Assembly: GCA_026025075.1 (NCBI GenBank)
Contig: JAPEUI010000059.1
Coordinates: 1 to 64,000, forward strand
Source of the DNA: Vezdaea acicularis
Lineage: Eukaryota
Reading direction: 5' to 3'
Length of the DNA: 64,000 nt
Shown: positions 33,515 through 46,200 of the stretch, in pieces
Layout of the letters: each line of letters opens with the position of its first letter
Position numbering within the stretch: the first letter of the stretch is position 1
Notes under the pieces: generated by a model
What the model saw: only the letters and a program-made list of their open reading frames with translations
Database searches by the model: none
What the model was told of the DNA's origin: nothing
Translations under genes and position numbers: made by a program

Positions 33515-36119
33515 ATGCAACTCGATCACTCGCCGCTCCCCCCGTACCTACCTGCCCGAGGTGGATATTACGAATTGGGGCCAAAACCGGGACTGATCAA
33601 ACAGCATCAGAAAGCGCACTCGAACGCCTTGCGCCTCCTCGCCAAGTACCTCTCGAGCCCGGCCGCACCGACGGCAGCCTCCGGTCGCCCGCCAAATAAC
33701 GTCGGAAAGCCTCTAAAGGTGGGTCGACGCTCTCCACCGTGGCCATCGAGCGTGGTCCCGGCTTTTGGAGGGGGCAGATCAAGCTGACGAGAGATAGGCC
33801 AAGGCCGCGAAAGCGTCGGAGGTTGGCGGTGCTGCCTCTGTCCGGGACAACGATTTTATGACGGAGCTGGGACCGGTGTTGGCCAGGCTCGGCCTCTCGC
33901 AGTACCAGGACGTCTTCGCGGAGGAAGGCTTTGACACGTGGGACATTCTGCTCGACATCACCGAGTCGGATCTGTACGTAATTTCTCCCTAGACGAGCGG
34001 ATGATGTGACGGCGGAAGGCTAATGCCTTTTTCTGTCCAGGGACGCTCTCGGCGTTAGGCTCGGCCACCGAAGGGTATGCAGCCGCGCTATGCTTTCGCG
34101 AGTGGGGGGGGGGGCGGCTTGGCTTGCATGCGCGATTGTCGCTAATCTGCGTTTAGAAACTGCAACGAGAGATTGCGAGCGCGCGCGGCGTCTCGAACGC
34201 ACAATCGCTGAAATCGTTCAGCCACAACTCCGCTAGCGAAGATCGGAGCACGGAAGCGGAAGATCGGGCCAGCATCGCCCGGCAGAGCGAGGAAGACAAA
34301 CGGCCGGTCGGGCATCCGGGAAAGAGGAAATATCGGCGCCATCCGAAGGTACGTGATCTGATCACGAGTACGCATCACGTGGCTTCTGTATGGAAGTTAA
34401 CAGCCTCCCCACCTCTATTCAATACGACATCTCTAATCAAGCCGGAAGCGCTTTACTGACTCGCAATGTGAGGCAGGTCGACGAGAATGCTCCCGAAAGG
34501 CCGCCGTCGGCGTATGTGATTTTTTCAAACAGTAAGTGCAGCGGTAGCCGTGGCGGCAGTAGTAGTAGTAGTAGCATCAGTAGCCGCTGCCGTCGCCACC
34601 TCCCCTGCGTTTGAAGCGGTACATGATGACTGACCCATTCGCTAGAGATGCGAGAGGATCTCAAAGGACAGAACCTTTCATTTACGGAAATAGCCAAGCT
34701 GGTCGGGGAGAGATGGCAGGTGCTGTCGCCGGTCGATAGAGAACCGTACGAGGCACGGGCGACTTCGGCCAAGGCACGATACAACAGCGAGCTGGTCGAG
34801 TACAAGAAAACCGACCACTACAGGGAATACGCCCAGTACCTTGCAGACTTCAAAGCGAAAACGACCATTCAGCAGACAGGTACGGACTCCGAAGACTCTT
34901 CGAGTTGTTATTTTGATTGATGCGTACCTTGGTTGTATGCCTCGACGATTATGATTTTCTGCGCTTGCCTTGTCTTTCATCGAGCGTCAAACTCACTTTC
35001 TCTGCTAGAAGGAAAACGACCCAAGCTAGAGGCTCAGCAGATGGCCATGAACGGCTCACTCGATAATGGCGACTCCGGCGACCGATCGCCCATTCGAGCG
35101 ACCGGTGCGCTTCCCATCGGGCACGGCCGGGTACCGTCGATATCGTCGATGAAGTCGTACTCGACCGCCAGTGGCCAGCAATCACCGACCATTCTCCACT
35201 CGAGTCTCAGCCAGGGAGGGACGGGCGTTTCGGCCTTGACGAACAGCATGGGCGGCCTGGGACAGTCGACGCCCTCTCCCACGTCACCTAATCCGAGGAC
35301 AGGGTATCGGGAGGCCATCCTCAACCCGAGCGTGCGAACGAGCTTCCTGAGCGACTCGCGCGAGCACGAGGTGCCACCACGGGGACCGGCCATGTCGACT
35401 GGGGAAATGGTGCGGAGGGTCGCCGGGGGAGCGGATATGACGAGACGGCCACTGCACTCTCCGGCCTCGTTGCGTCGCGAGGAGACGTCGAGATCCTCCG
35501 CCTCGTCGTCTGGGTTGTCGTCTGGATTGTCGTCTGGATTGTCGTCCGGGTTGTCGTCCGGGTTGTCCGGGGGCAACTCTAGCGGCACATCCGGCAATAC
35601 ATCTGCATCGTCGCTGTACCCAGCGGCGAAGCCGTTGGAAGAGTCACAAAATCGCATGCAGATGACGCTACCCGCTCTTCCGGCTACGGGGAAAGCGCCT
35701 GTGAGCGACCGATTCTTCGATACCCCGCGGCCCCTCTATCCACCACTTTCTGGAGGGCAGCCACCGAACACGCAGACATTCAAGATGGACCCCAGCACTC
35801 GCACCGCCGGAAGCCCCACCGGCACCGCCCCATCAGGTTAGCAGCTCTACTTCCTTTCAGATATCCCGCTCCTCAGCGAGAGAACCTCCCCGCTCATCAT
35901 GTTCGTCCAGGCCCACCCCTTACAAACTCGCATCATCCACGAAACGCCTCCCGCGAAGAGCCGCCACCGCCGTCGTCGCAGACGCACGACGCGTACATGA
36001 CCGGCTTCAGCTCCATGTCGCCTTCGTCCCAGACGTCTGAAGTCTACCCCTCCTCGCCCTTTTCCGTGCTGCTCCAAGCTGGGGAGCAGCTCGAACGCGA
36101 CGCCGAGCGCCATCCGTGA
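33515..36119 (+). CDS. SAM-domain plus HMG-box protein (putative transcription regulator), multi-exon
   Basis: SAM: MTELGPVLARLGLSQYQDVFAEEGFDTWDILLDITESDL|DALGVRLGHRR|KLQREI (from 33858). HMG: KRKYRRHPK|VDENAPERPPSAYVIFSN|..LSFTEIAKLVGERWQVL..PYE..AKARY. The upstream exon (intron 33719-33797) and the final exon (..FSVLLQAGEQLE..) are less certain. Confidence 0.85.
35506..35571 (+). repeat. Coding 12-bp tandem repeat encoding (SSGL)5
   Basis: TCGTCYGGRTTG x5 inside the HMG-box gene. Confidence 0.85.
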
Positions 36120-37577
36120 TTTCTGGGGCTGGTGGTGGGGGGGCCCCATGAGCTAACATTTTCCATCGCCTCTACCGAAGAAATCTTAGGAAAAAAAAAA
36201 AAACAAAAAAAAATGTTTTCAGGTTTTGAGCGTTCTTGTATGAGCTGTTTATCGATGACTTTTGCATGTGTCACAATTACGTCGGCATTTTCTTTTTCTT
36301 TTACTCTATGCAATTCATCCCGTATCACCCGATCGATTGATCGATCGATGACGGCGCGAGGGTGTGTATGCATCAGACGAAACGGACGAAACGATGGAGA
36401 ATTTCAAGGAAAATTTGTTCTGGAGTTTTATCTCTCTTCATCTTCTTCCCTTCCCCCCTTCCCTTTGCCTTTCATATCGTTGAACCGTCACCAGGCGCAT
36501 GATCGGAACTGGCTGGATATAGAAACATCTGTTTTATTTTATCTTTTCGTGTGCTCTTGTGGGCACGGATCGGATCCAGGGGCGTTTTTCTTACATTTCT
36601 TCCTCCTCCTCCTTTCCCGACTCCTCCTCCGTCTCCTGACTACTCATATGTCTCCCGAATCCGTCTGTGCTGAGCCTTGGGGCTCTGGGCTCTGGGCTCT
36701 GGGCTCTGAGGGTTAGCTCGTGTGCTTCGAGCTGGGTCACTCGACTATAAGAATAGTCTGGGGGGGGGGAGGGAGGGGGGGGGGGGAATTGGGAAAGGGA
36801 AGGGAGAAGGACTGACGAGGGGGGGGGGCGGGGTTAGGAGTGTTTGTGTCTTTCATGACTTCGCGGCGTCTATTGTGTAGGACCAATTGATTTGGCATGC
36901 TATCAGGCTACTGTTTGTTTGGCTGGTTATCAGGCTCCTCGATTTGTTCGGCTATTAGGTCTTTTTTTTTTTTTTTTTTTTTTTGGGAGTGGGTGGGTAG
37001 GTGATACCTCCGAATTGGACCGACGGATGGGGGGAGATGGGGCTCGATGGGATTCGTCATTCTTCCCCATACCTAAAAATAAATCTTTCGTCTCCCTCCC
37101 TCTATTCTCACGTTTTTTCGGGTTGGGGGAATTTATGTGCACGATATGATTATCTCACGATGGGGCTGGGAAAGATGGGATGAGTGGAGGATGAGGATTT
37201 ATTGGTTATGACTATCCACCATCCAGACGAAAGGAAGTCGTGGTGGCAGTCGTGCGAGGGATGGAGGGAGGATGTATTTGTTCCTCTCCTCTGCGTCCAG
37301 TCCACGCGGACCCGCACCGGCACTCTCCCCCCCCCTCCCTCCCCCCCACTATCTGCCCCACGTCTACTTCCAAACTTCCATCTCCTAACTTCCATCACCC
37401 CTTTGTTTACTCCTGCATATCCAACTCTCCTGCCTCCAACTCTCCAGCCCAGCATAGCATAGCATAGCATCCACCCCTCTGTAGCGTAGCGTACCGTACA
37501 AACGCGCGCATTCCGTTTTCAAAGACAGCCAGCTAGCTAGCTACCCTCCTGCTTTAAGAAATGAATGAAATGAAATA

Positions 37578-39755
37578 TTACCAACCGACCTCCCTCCCGC
37601 GGCTCGCCCGCGCTTCGGCCTCGAGGGTCTCTCGCGCGGTGCGGGCGCGGGCCCAGATGTGGGAGCGGGGTGTGTTCGTGTTGCGTTTCGTCTTTTGGGT
37701 GGTGGGATCGTGCGCCTGGTGATGATGGTCTTGCTGCTGCTGCTGCTGCTGATGTGATTCAATTGGAGTATAAAAGGCTCTCCCGCTGTCGTCGTTGCTG
37801 TCCTCAGCAGCAGCAGCACCACCCCTTTCAACCGTCCCTCCAATCCCTTCCGTGACTAGACCGCAGAGCTCAGGTCTCAGGTCTAGCAGTGGTGGCAAGG
37901 CGGGAGGCCGTCCTGTTCGTTGTATCTTTTGCTGGACGTGGCGAGGGCAGGAGGGGAGAGGAGGTGGAGGTGTTTGGATAGTATTCCTCGCGGGAGGCGA
38001 GAGGGGTGAGATGAGTCTGGTTGGGGGAGGTTCGGGGGAGGGGGTGAGAGTGTGTGTGGTGTGCTTCGTGGTGGGAGATGTGGAGAGAGTTGCAGATGGC
38101 TTGTGCGGGTTGCGGAGGGATGGAGATAAAGAGGAGGAGGAGAGTGCAGCGCCGTTGCTACGTGGGGCGTCGATTGAGGGCAGAGGTAGTTGTTCCTGGC
38201 TCAGCGGGAGGGAGTAGGTTAGTGGTGTCAGATTATTAGGAGCTTTGCGCCTGTTGGCGCGGCGAGGGGTGTTCCTGAGGCTGGGAGCAGGCTTTGAGCT
38301 TGCACCACTACCACTGCTGCTACTAGGTGTGGACGAGTAAAGACGTGGAGGTGGTGTAGCCCTCAACAGAGCACGCGCACCCAAACACTGCTCTTCCCGC
38401 GAAGCGGACACCGCGCCGGTGAATACGCTCTCCCCAACGCCTGACTTCCCGTTGATGCGCGCGGAAAAGTCGCTCGTGGAGGGGAGGTCGTGGAGCCAGA
38501 TCAGGGTGCGTTGCGCGTGGAGGTCCATTGTAGTGAGCGGGGAGTCGGGATCAGTGGCGATAGCGGGGCGGGGATGGTGCAGTGTGTAGTGCGTTCGTGT
38601 TCGCGCTCGTGGAGTATAGGGCGTGCGAAGCTGAGGTTGGCCACGGTGGACGGTCATCGGCGTGCTGACGGCTCCGGCGAACCAGGCGCCTTCGTAGGAG
38701 GGGGTCTCGAGTTTTCGTTGGACGCCGGTAGGCGAATTATCCTCATAGAAGGGAGACTCAATGGTTCGTTCGGAAAGGGGCGACATCGTGGTGAGCACGC
38801 CGGCTCGCATGGGGTGGCGTGCTCTGGTCGAGTTGCTGAGGTGACCGAGCTGGATCTCATGATGCCTCGTTCTTTCCGCGAGGTCTGTGGGAACTGGTGG
38901 GGGCCGATGCGTGGGTTCATCTAGTCGAGGAGGCACTATGGCTGAGCTCTCTTCGAGAAAAGTGCGTCGGGTTGGTTCGTCTGATAATGGAGAAACTGGG
39001 GAGAGAGACTCGTCCTCGAGAGGGTCGTCTCTCTCCATCGAACCCCACCAGCCCGGTATAGGCCAGCCATCCACGGCCGCGGTGCCAGTATCTGCTGATT
39101 GAAGTTCCTCGTACGCTTTCCGCTGCCAATTACCAACACTCGCATCGATGGGCGTTGTTTGCAAGGGCTTGGACCGAGCCAGATGGGGTCGACTTTTGTT
39201 CCTGAGCGGCTCCAAGACGGACCCCATCACGCCCTTGTGAGAACCATGACGACCTTCCGCCTTCAAGCTGACGGCCTCTTGCACCGAGTGCTCGTCACTA
39301 CCAGGGCGTAACTTCCCGGACAGCAAAGCATAGTCCCTTCGAGCTGGCTCAAGTGGCGATGACAACGTAGGCGAGCGCGAGTTCTCCTCCTGTGAATAGT
39401 TGATCTCGGGATATGGGTGAATCCATCTTAGCGGAGTATGCTGATCGACTTCCTGCAGCGCAGGAATGCCAGCCTTGGGAGAGGTGCTCTTCACCAGGTT
39501 GACGATGGTCAATTTCTCGGACGGATGGCTAGAGTCAAAGGAGAGAGGCGACTTCTTCCTCTTGATCTTGTCACGCTGCCTCTTCCTCGCTTTCTTGAGG
39601 TTGGCGTCGACTGGCTTCTTTGCAGCGCTCTTGGCAGCCTCCGTAGATGCGTATTGCAGCCTCAGCTCTTCGCCCGCCGCCGAGTCCGTTATACGTGGCA
39701 GTCGTCGATGAGGGAAGCCCCGCCAGCGGAGGCCCATGCTTGTCGGTCGGGCCAT
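37578..39755 (-). CDS. Low-complexity Pro/Ser-rich hypothetical protein, up to 725 aa
   Basis: Uninterrupted 2.2-kb ORF with a basic NLS-like stretch KKARKRQRDKIKRKK and a poly-Q/H tail. No recognisable domain; an upstream exon is possible (acceptor near 39782). Confidence 0.5.
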   Translation of the reverse strand: MARPTSMGLRWRGFPHRRLPRITDSAAGEELRLQYASTEAAKSAAKKPVDANLKKARKRQRDKIKRKKSPLSFDSSHPSEKLTIVNLVKSTSPKAGIPALQEVDQHTPLRWIHPYPEINYSQEENSRSPTLSSPLEPARRDYALLSGKLRPGSDEHSVQEAVSLKAEGRHGSHKGVMGSVLEPLRNKSRPHLARSKPLQTTPIDASVGNWQRKAYEELQSADTGTAAVDGWPIPGWWGSMERDDPLEDESLSPVSPLSDEPTRRTFLEESSAIVPPRLDEPTHRPPPVPTDLAERTRHHEIQLGHLSNSTRARHPMRAGVLTTMSPLSERTIESPFYEDNSPTGVQRKLETPSYEGAWFAGAVSTPMTVHRGQPQLRTPYTPRARTRTHYTLHHPRPAIATDPDSPLTTMDLHAQRTLIWLHDLPSTSDFSARINGKSGVGESVFTGAVSASREEQCLGARALLRATPPPRLYSSTPSSSSGSGASSKPAPSLRNTPRRANRRKAPNNLTPLTYSLPLSQEQLPLPSIDAPRSNGAALSSSSLSPSLRNPHKPSATLSTSPTTKHTTHTLTPSPEPPPTRLISPLSPPARNTIQTPPPPLPSCPRHVQQKIQRTGRPPALPPLLDLRPELCGLVTEGIGGTVERGGAAAAEDSNDDSGRAFYTPIESHQQQQQQQDHHHQAHDPTTQKTKRNTNTPRSHIWARARTARETLEAEARASRGREVGW

Positions 39756-40193
39756 GCTAGTAGCTGGCGTTCGAAGTGGACCTGCAGAGATAAATCATGC
39801 CGAAATTGATAGGAGACCAGATGGCGGGAGTCGTCGCTCCAGGACGACAGCAACGTATGACGACAATAATAATATCGATAGTCTCGGACACTGAACTGGC
39901 TGGAGAGGTTTCGAGGCTAGCACCTAGATATACTCCCTTCTAAAGGAAGTATGCACCGCTGCTCAACCGAGGAAGGACTTAATCGCGGTCCTCTGCCGTT
40001 CTGGAAAGCGCGAGGAGGATCTTCTACCTCTTAATGAGAAGGCATTCGAGCATAGTGATTGGATGTACGTACATATGGAGTGAGATGATAAAGAGTCTCT
40101 ATGACTCGGTTTCTTGAATCTTCCATCGTAAAGCTGCCTAATTTGTTCGAAGTTTCCCACCCCATTCCAAAAACCCCACGATGTGGGCCCCTT

Positions 40194-40946
40194 TCAAGCT
40201 GTCCCCTGAGATGTGAGACGGTCGGGGTCCACATCTTTGCGACTCTGCCATAATTTCTCAATGGCAAGCGCTGTTCCCTCGACAATGATCGACCACTCAA
40301 TCTCATGAATCTTAGTCTCCCACTCCTCCAAGGTCTCGTCCTTTGCCGGCAGATCCACGTCTCTTGTCACAATGGCCTCTCCCCTGTCGACCTCCGCAAC
40401 GACATAATGTATCATGACTCCCGCCCGGTCGATGTCCCCACTTTGAGCAGCCTCATATTCCCTCCGAATTGCGCCCGCACCATCAAAGGCGCCGGGCAAG
40501 GCAGGATGCAGGTTGATGACGGGGATTCCGGCCTCGTCAAGTGGCGTGAGGAAGGCGGGAGTCAGAATATGCATCCAGCCGGCACATACTACAAGATCCG
40601 ACCGTGGCTTATCCTCCAGAATCATCTTTGCGAGATCCGCATCGTATGCCTCGCGCGCCGCCTGGACACCCTCGGGCGTGTCTGGGCGCGCCTTCTTGTA
40701 GGGTACCAGATTGTGGTATGTGACGGGAATGTCAGCTTTGGAGGCGCGCGCTAGCCCGTAGGCAGCCCTCCGGTTGGAAATGACGCGAGTGATGTGCACC
40801 GAAGAAAAAAGCTCTGTGTGCGTGGCGTCGATCAGGGCTTGGAGGTTGGTGCCAGAGCCAGAGATCAGGACGGTGAGGTTGGTTACCGGGTTGCTGGAGG
40901 GGAGCAGTGGGAGCGGCCCTTCCATGGGCGTTGTTGCCGCGGACAT
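40194..40946 (-). CDS. ADE8: Phosphoribosylglycinamide formyltransferase (GART/PurN)
   Basis: LTVLISGSGTNLQALIDA, DLVVCAGWMHIL, INLHPALPGAFDG, GVMIHYVVAEVDRG. Confidence 0.95.
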   Translation of the reverse strand: MSAATTPMEGPLPLLPSSNPVTNLTVLISGSGTNLQALIDATHTELFSSVHITRVISNRRAAYGLARASKADIPVTYHNLVPYKKARPDTPEGVQAAREAYDADLAKMILEDKPRSDLVVCAGWMHILTPAFLTPLDEAGIPVINLHPALPGAFDGAGAIRREYEAAQSGDIDRAGVMIHYVVAEVDRGEAIVTRDVDLPAKDETLEEWETKIHEIEWSIIVEGTALAIEKLWQSRKDVDPDRLTSQGTA

Positions 40947-41736
40947 GGTGATTATCCGATACGCAGGTCTCGGGGCGTCCTCGCCATACTAGGGTTGCAC
41001 AGGGTTTGAAGCTGGACAGAGGGAAAGGGAAGAGAAAAAAGGATCATCCAGTAATGATCCGGCGTGGCTTGGGTTGGCGAACATGTGTTCGTGACCTGCG
41101 AGCTGTTTGTTCCACTGTGCGTGCAAGCATCCTCGAACTGCACCACTCGCTAATGCACGGCAGTTACACTCGATCCCTGCGCCAAAACTGCATCGAAACT
41201 GCACCGAAAATGCATCCTGCGGCTCGCGGCTCTCCAGACGTTACACGGCCGCGCGGATCGCCGAGGCGCCATGAGCTCAACGGCGTCTGTCCGGCTGTCA
41301 TCCTCCCGAAGCGCGCTAGGGTCCCACTACGGGAGCGACCCCTCCTCGCCGGCCCGTTTTCTCGCGCGGTCCAGCCCTTTGCGAGAATGTCCCTCGTCAC
41401 CAATCTTTTTCACGCCTTTTTGCTTCACGTCGCATCTCTTTCAGGACTCAACTCACCGTATCACTATACGCCATTGCTGCACCAATTGCGCTCCCACGCC
41501 GCAACTTCGCTCTGCCCCCCTCTGCCGTCGCCCTGACTCGCCGTCTTACACCAATCTTTAGGCCGCCCCCACGCTGCGTGCCTGCTGGCAGGTGGCAGCA
41601 GCACCACGGCGGGTTCGCCCAGACTAAACTTCCGAAGCACCTTTTCTATTCACGGTTACACCGCGTCGAAGATAAATCATCCTCACTGTCCCTGCTCCGA
41701 TCCACGCGCAGCTTGATAAACCACCGCTCGTTCACA

Positions 41737-42776
41737 ATGTCCGCTTCGGACCTAGCCCCACCATCATCAACATCCTCCCCTTCCTCCCCTTCCACCGCCA
41801 GCACAATGGCATCCTCGGACGCCCTCGAGCCCATCCCGACCGAGCTGCAGACATACCAGTTCCCCAAGTCGCGCCTGAAGCGCGTGATGGACGACCCGAA
41901 CAAGACGCCCCTCTGCCTCGTTCTCTGTGGCTCCTTCAGCCCCATCACATTCCTGCACCTGCGGATGTTCGAGATGGCGGCCGACTTTGCAAAGTCGCAC
42001 ACCCAATTCGAAGTGGTCGGCGGGTACTTCAGCCCCGTGTCAGACGCATACAAGAAGGTTGGGCTCGCGAGCGCGGAGCACAGGTGAGTGATTCAGGCGA
42101 GAAAGAAAACGGGCCTCCAATTGACCCACCTTTCCCCTGATGCAGAATCAAGATGTGCGACTTGGCCGCAACGCTCACCTCCGACTGGCTCATGGTCGAC
42201 CCCTGGGAAGCCCTCCAACCCTCCTACAAGCGCACGGCCGTCGTCCTCGACCACTTCGACGAATGCCTCAACGGCCCCGCCGGCAGCGGTGGCGGCGGCA
42301 TCCCCACCTCGCCCACCGGCCCCAACAAACGGATCCAGATCAAACTACTCGCCGGCGCCGACCTCATCCAAACCATGTCCACGCCCGGCGTCTGGTCCGA
42401 GGCCGACCTCGACCACATCCTCGGCCGATACGGCAGCTTCATCGTCGAGCGCACCGGCACCGATCTCGAGAACGCCCTCAGCAGCCTGCAGCCCTGGAAG
42501 GACAATATCTGGCAGATCCAGCAGCTCATCCAGAATGACGTCTCCAGCACCAAGATCCGCCTCTTCCTCAGGAGGGAGATGAGCGTCCGTTATCTCATCC
42601 CACAGCCCGTCATCGATTATATCGAGGAGCATGATCTGTATGTGGATGATGGACAGGGGAGCGTACACGGGGATGGCGGCGGGGCTGCTGCTACTACTAG
42701 TGGTACCACCAGCACTGCTACGGCGCAGAAAGTGGGTGGGGAGGGCTCCGGTTCGGGTTCTGGTTCGAGTCATTAG
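41737..42776 (+). CDS. NMA1: Nicotinamide/nicotinate mononucleotide adenylyltransferase (NMNAT)
   Basis: CGSFSPITFLHLRMFEMA, SPVSDAYKK, intron about 42084-42145, VDPWEA, LLAGADLIQTMSTPGVW, IQNDVSSTKIRLFL. Confidence 0.95.
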
Positions 42777-43267
42777 ATTATTGGATATATGGGCGGATGG
42801 ACTTCAAGGTGGCACAATCCTAGAGCGATTGGGGGGAAGGGATGAGCGTTTCCGCATCATACTTACTTTCACTTCAACATGTACGTTGGTCAGACAGCGC
42901 CTGAATGAGCGCTCGAGCAAGTCTCGGAGCATAGAAGCTTTGTCTAACACCTTTTCAGTTCCGCGAGATGTGCATCTCATCTATGGGATATATGTTTTGC
43001 AATCTGAGCTCAGGAGAAGTAGAAACCCGTCCGAGCTTCGCCGTAGCCCGTAGAGATCGACTTGCGCCACCCCGAGAATAGCAAGTACGAGACATTGCAG
43101 ACAATTTTATCCCCCGTATAAAACATTCATTTCTAAGCCTCCCTACTGTTCTAGCCCAAGCCGGGGCATTTCAGAACCAAAATGCAAACCTCTGAATGCA
43201 GCAGAGTAGGGAGTCTTTGGCCACTCCTACAGGCCATTAGCCCACTGGGGGGCAGGTGCTCTCCAAA

Positions 43268-46200
43268 TCATGAGAGATGGAATGCACCCTGACCTTCCTT
43301 TATAGCAAGGTCCAATCTCTTGCGCATGATCTCAAGGTTGGTATAATCCGGCAGCTTGAGATAATTGACGCAAGTCATGACGCTCGGGAGGTAGTCATCC
43401 GAGGTGAAGGGGGGTTCACTTGGCTTACAGACCACGGTGAACATTGGTGTAAGGCTCTTGAAACCTAAGAAAGGGTCAGCTGAGTTCTTACATAGGCTAC
43501 AAGGACCACTTACCTCCGATAGGCAACTTTGGACTACCCGTGACGAATTGCAGGAACTCTCGTCTCTCTTGTGGGGCAAGTTCGCTCATAGTCTGTAACA
43601 GGTTACGAACGCTCTTACTATCCATGTTGAAGCCGTGGTCGGCTTTAATAGAGTCGAGCAGGGCTAGCGATAAATGTTAGCATTATTCGATGACCAAGGA
43701 GGAGATGATGCACTCACTTTCAAGGGTCCAATCTTCCTCCACTCTACCGAATAACATCACAAGCTCATCCGGGGTGAAGGCTTTCAGCGCAGAGTAGGGG
43801 AAGACTTGAGAGAACCCTGCTCTGAACGCATCAACTTGCCGCTGTACGCCAGAGCCGAGGGTAAGATCAATGACTTTGTCGACATAATAGCCAACGTTTT
43901 CGATAGTCACACTGATGTTTGACCCATTGGGTTGAAGCTCAATTGTGGGGTAGCCTGGAAGTGTAAAGTCGAGCCCAAGGTCCTCCACACGGACACCACT
44001 GATCACAATGTCAGAAAGAGCAGCGACCTTTTCTGCGCCATCCAGCCTCAAATCTTCTTCCACCCGTTTCTTCGCATTCGCGAATTGCTTCAAGAGCTTA
44101 AGAGACCTCGCAAGATCGGAGTCCACAGTCATTACAGCTCCAAGTGACGGCGGAACAGTAGCCGGCCCGTCACCGATACGGAAGAAAGTCGGGTTGAAGG
44201 AGACATCAATAATTCTCGAGTCGAGCATGGACCGAGCTACAAACTTGCCAAGCATCTTGAAAAGATGGAGGACTCTCTTTCCGTTCTCGTTCTCAGCAAA
44301 TTCTTCGTTCATCGGAGCTGGAAATAAGCCGCGTTTGCCATAGGCATATTCGTGGTCATCAGCTGTATCGTTCTCTCGCCAGAGGTTCTGCTTCTTCCGT
44401 GAGAACTCCTTCGAGATCGTAGAGTAGAACTCTAGCGTCGGTCCTAGGCCTGTCCCAACTTCTTCAAAGTATTCGACCTCAAGCACGCTTGGAGACGCTC
44501 CATAAAGCTCCATGACCTTAATGGCTGACTCAAGGATCCTCGTTCTAGATATCCTGACCTTCTGACGCTGAAGTCTTCCCAAGAAGGGCCGATCATCCCT
44601 GTGACGATCTTGACGGTTTGTGTTTGTGGTTTGGGAGCTCTGCCATCGAGCCATGGACCGAGAATAGCCGAAGGACGTTGATTGCAAGAATAAATGTCGG
44701 GTTTCAAAAGGAAATAAAAACGGGTACAAGCGAGCCAAGTCTTCACTCCAGCTTGGCAGACAGTTGCTTGCAACGATCAAGGGTTCCTCAAGTTGTCTGT
44801 TCAGTTTCGCTGTGAGCTTTGTATTGACAAATTGAGCGAGAGGCTCGGGGATAAGCCTGAGACCCTCCTTGTTCCCCGCCAAGACATCATCTAGGTTCGC
44901 ATTTAGAGCATGGAGAATGTTGAGAAGGCGTAGGATGGTTGAAGTCGTGGGATTTTTGTCGAGAGATAGGGGAAGTCCAGATGGCCCAAACTCTCGTGTG
45001 GTTTCGGACACGGGCGTAAGTGTACCCAGTTCCGGAGGTGGGGGGCCTGGAATACGTTTGAAATTTATCGTATGACTTGAGTTCCAGAGCGAGCGAGCAA
45101 GGTCTTCCGGCACCTCATTGTTTTGGTGTATCGCTCGATAGATGGTGGTTTCACTCGTAATTGTTTTTCCACCTACGCTAAACTCGATATGCCAATCCTG
45201 AGGGACGGCTTGGATAGCAGCAGCATATGACATCGGTCGACCTGAGGGCATGGCAGCTAAACTTGAGCTTGGGGCCGCCGCAGCTTGTAGAGAGATAGCA
45301 GATCTTGATCTGGAAGACGAGCTTAGAAGTTGCGAAGGTGTCGAAAATTGGGAGTCGTCTTCCTTACGGGTGGTGACTTTCCCAGTTGGTGCTATTTCGA
45401 GGCTGACTGCCGTAGGGTCAGTAGGGCCATCGTCATCCAAGTCATCCTCAAGGTGGCCCATAATAGCGTTCAAAGCCCGGGATTCCTCCAAATCCTCGTC
45501 ATCAGAGATGTGCCTCTCGTCAGCACATTCCAGAGGCTCCTGAGCATCGCTAGGGTCTCGGAGGGGCGGAGGTGGAGGAGGCGGTGGTGGTGGTGGAGGA
45601 GGAGGCAACGTTTGGGTTGCATGCTTCCTTGAAGATCTTCGGGTCCCCGTCGACTTCTCTTGAGGGGTTGTAGAGTTTGATTGATCGACTGGCGTGGATT
45701 GAGGAGCCTTGAACTTGGATGCCTTCTTTGATGCGCGGGAGCTTTTGTCGGCGGAACCGCTTGGGGTTGAATGAGAAGACGCTGCGCCAAGCAGGCCACG
45801 CTCAGCAAGACGCTGTTGATGGTCGGGAATGCCTGCTGCGGCAGCAAAAGCAGCAAGAGCGTTTGAGATACCTTCACGATGTCTATGACCCCTGGGACGT
45901 TCGGACATAGTGATCCTGGGTCGCAGATAGTCGTCAAGGGCTTTAAAGGTTGCAATCGCATGTATTGAGACCATAATATTCCGGTAAGGACGAGGGATAC
46001 CAGAATCGTCTCCCCCAACTAATTTGAGGCGGATCTGTTTCGCGAGCATCGATGTGGCGCTGCTACGGTTGCTGTCGAATGAATGGTGGTGGACCGTAAC
46101 TACCTCGAAATGTTCAGAGCGACTTAATAGATCCTGCAGTTTATGTACGAGGATACTGAAAGCTGTTGTTGGCGATTTGCTGCTAGCAGTTTTGATGTTG

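Noticed and set aside
33515..36119. MAT1-2-1 mating-type gene or MAT locus, given an HMG box 27 kb from a pheromone gene
   Set aside because: The HMG box is of the PERPPSAY (HMGB-like) type with a SAM domain rather than the PRPPNAF MATA_HMG type, and no APN2 or SLA2 flanking genes are in the window.
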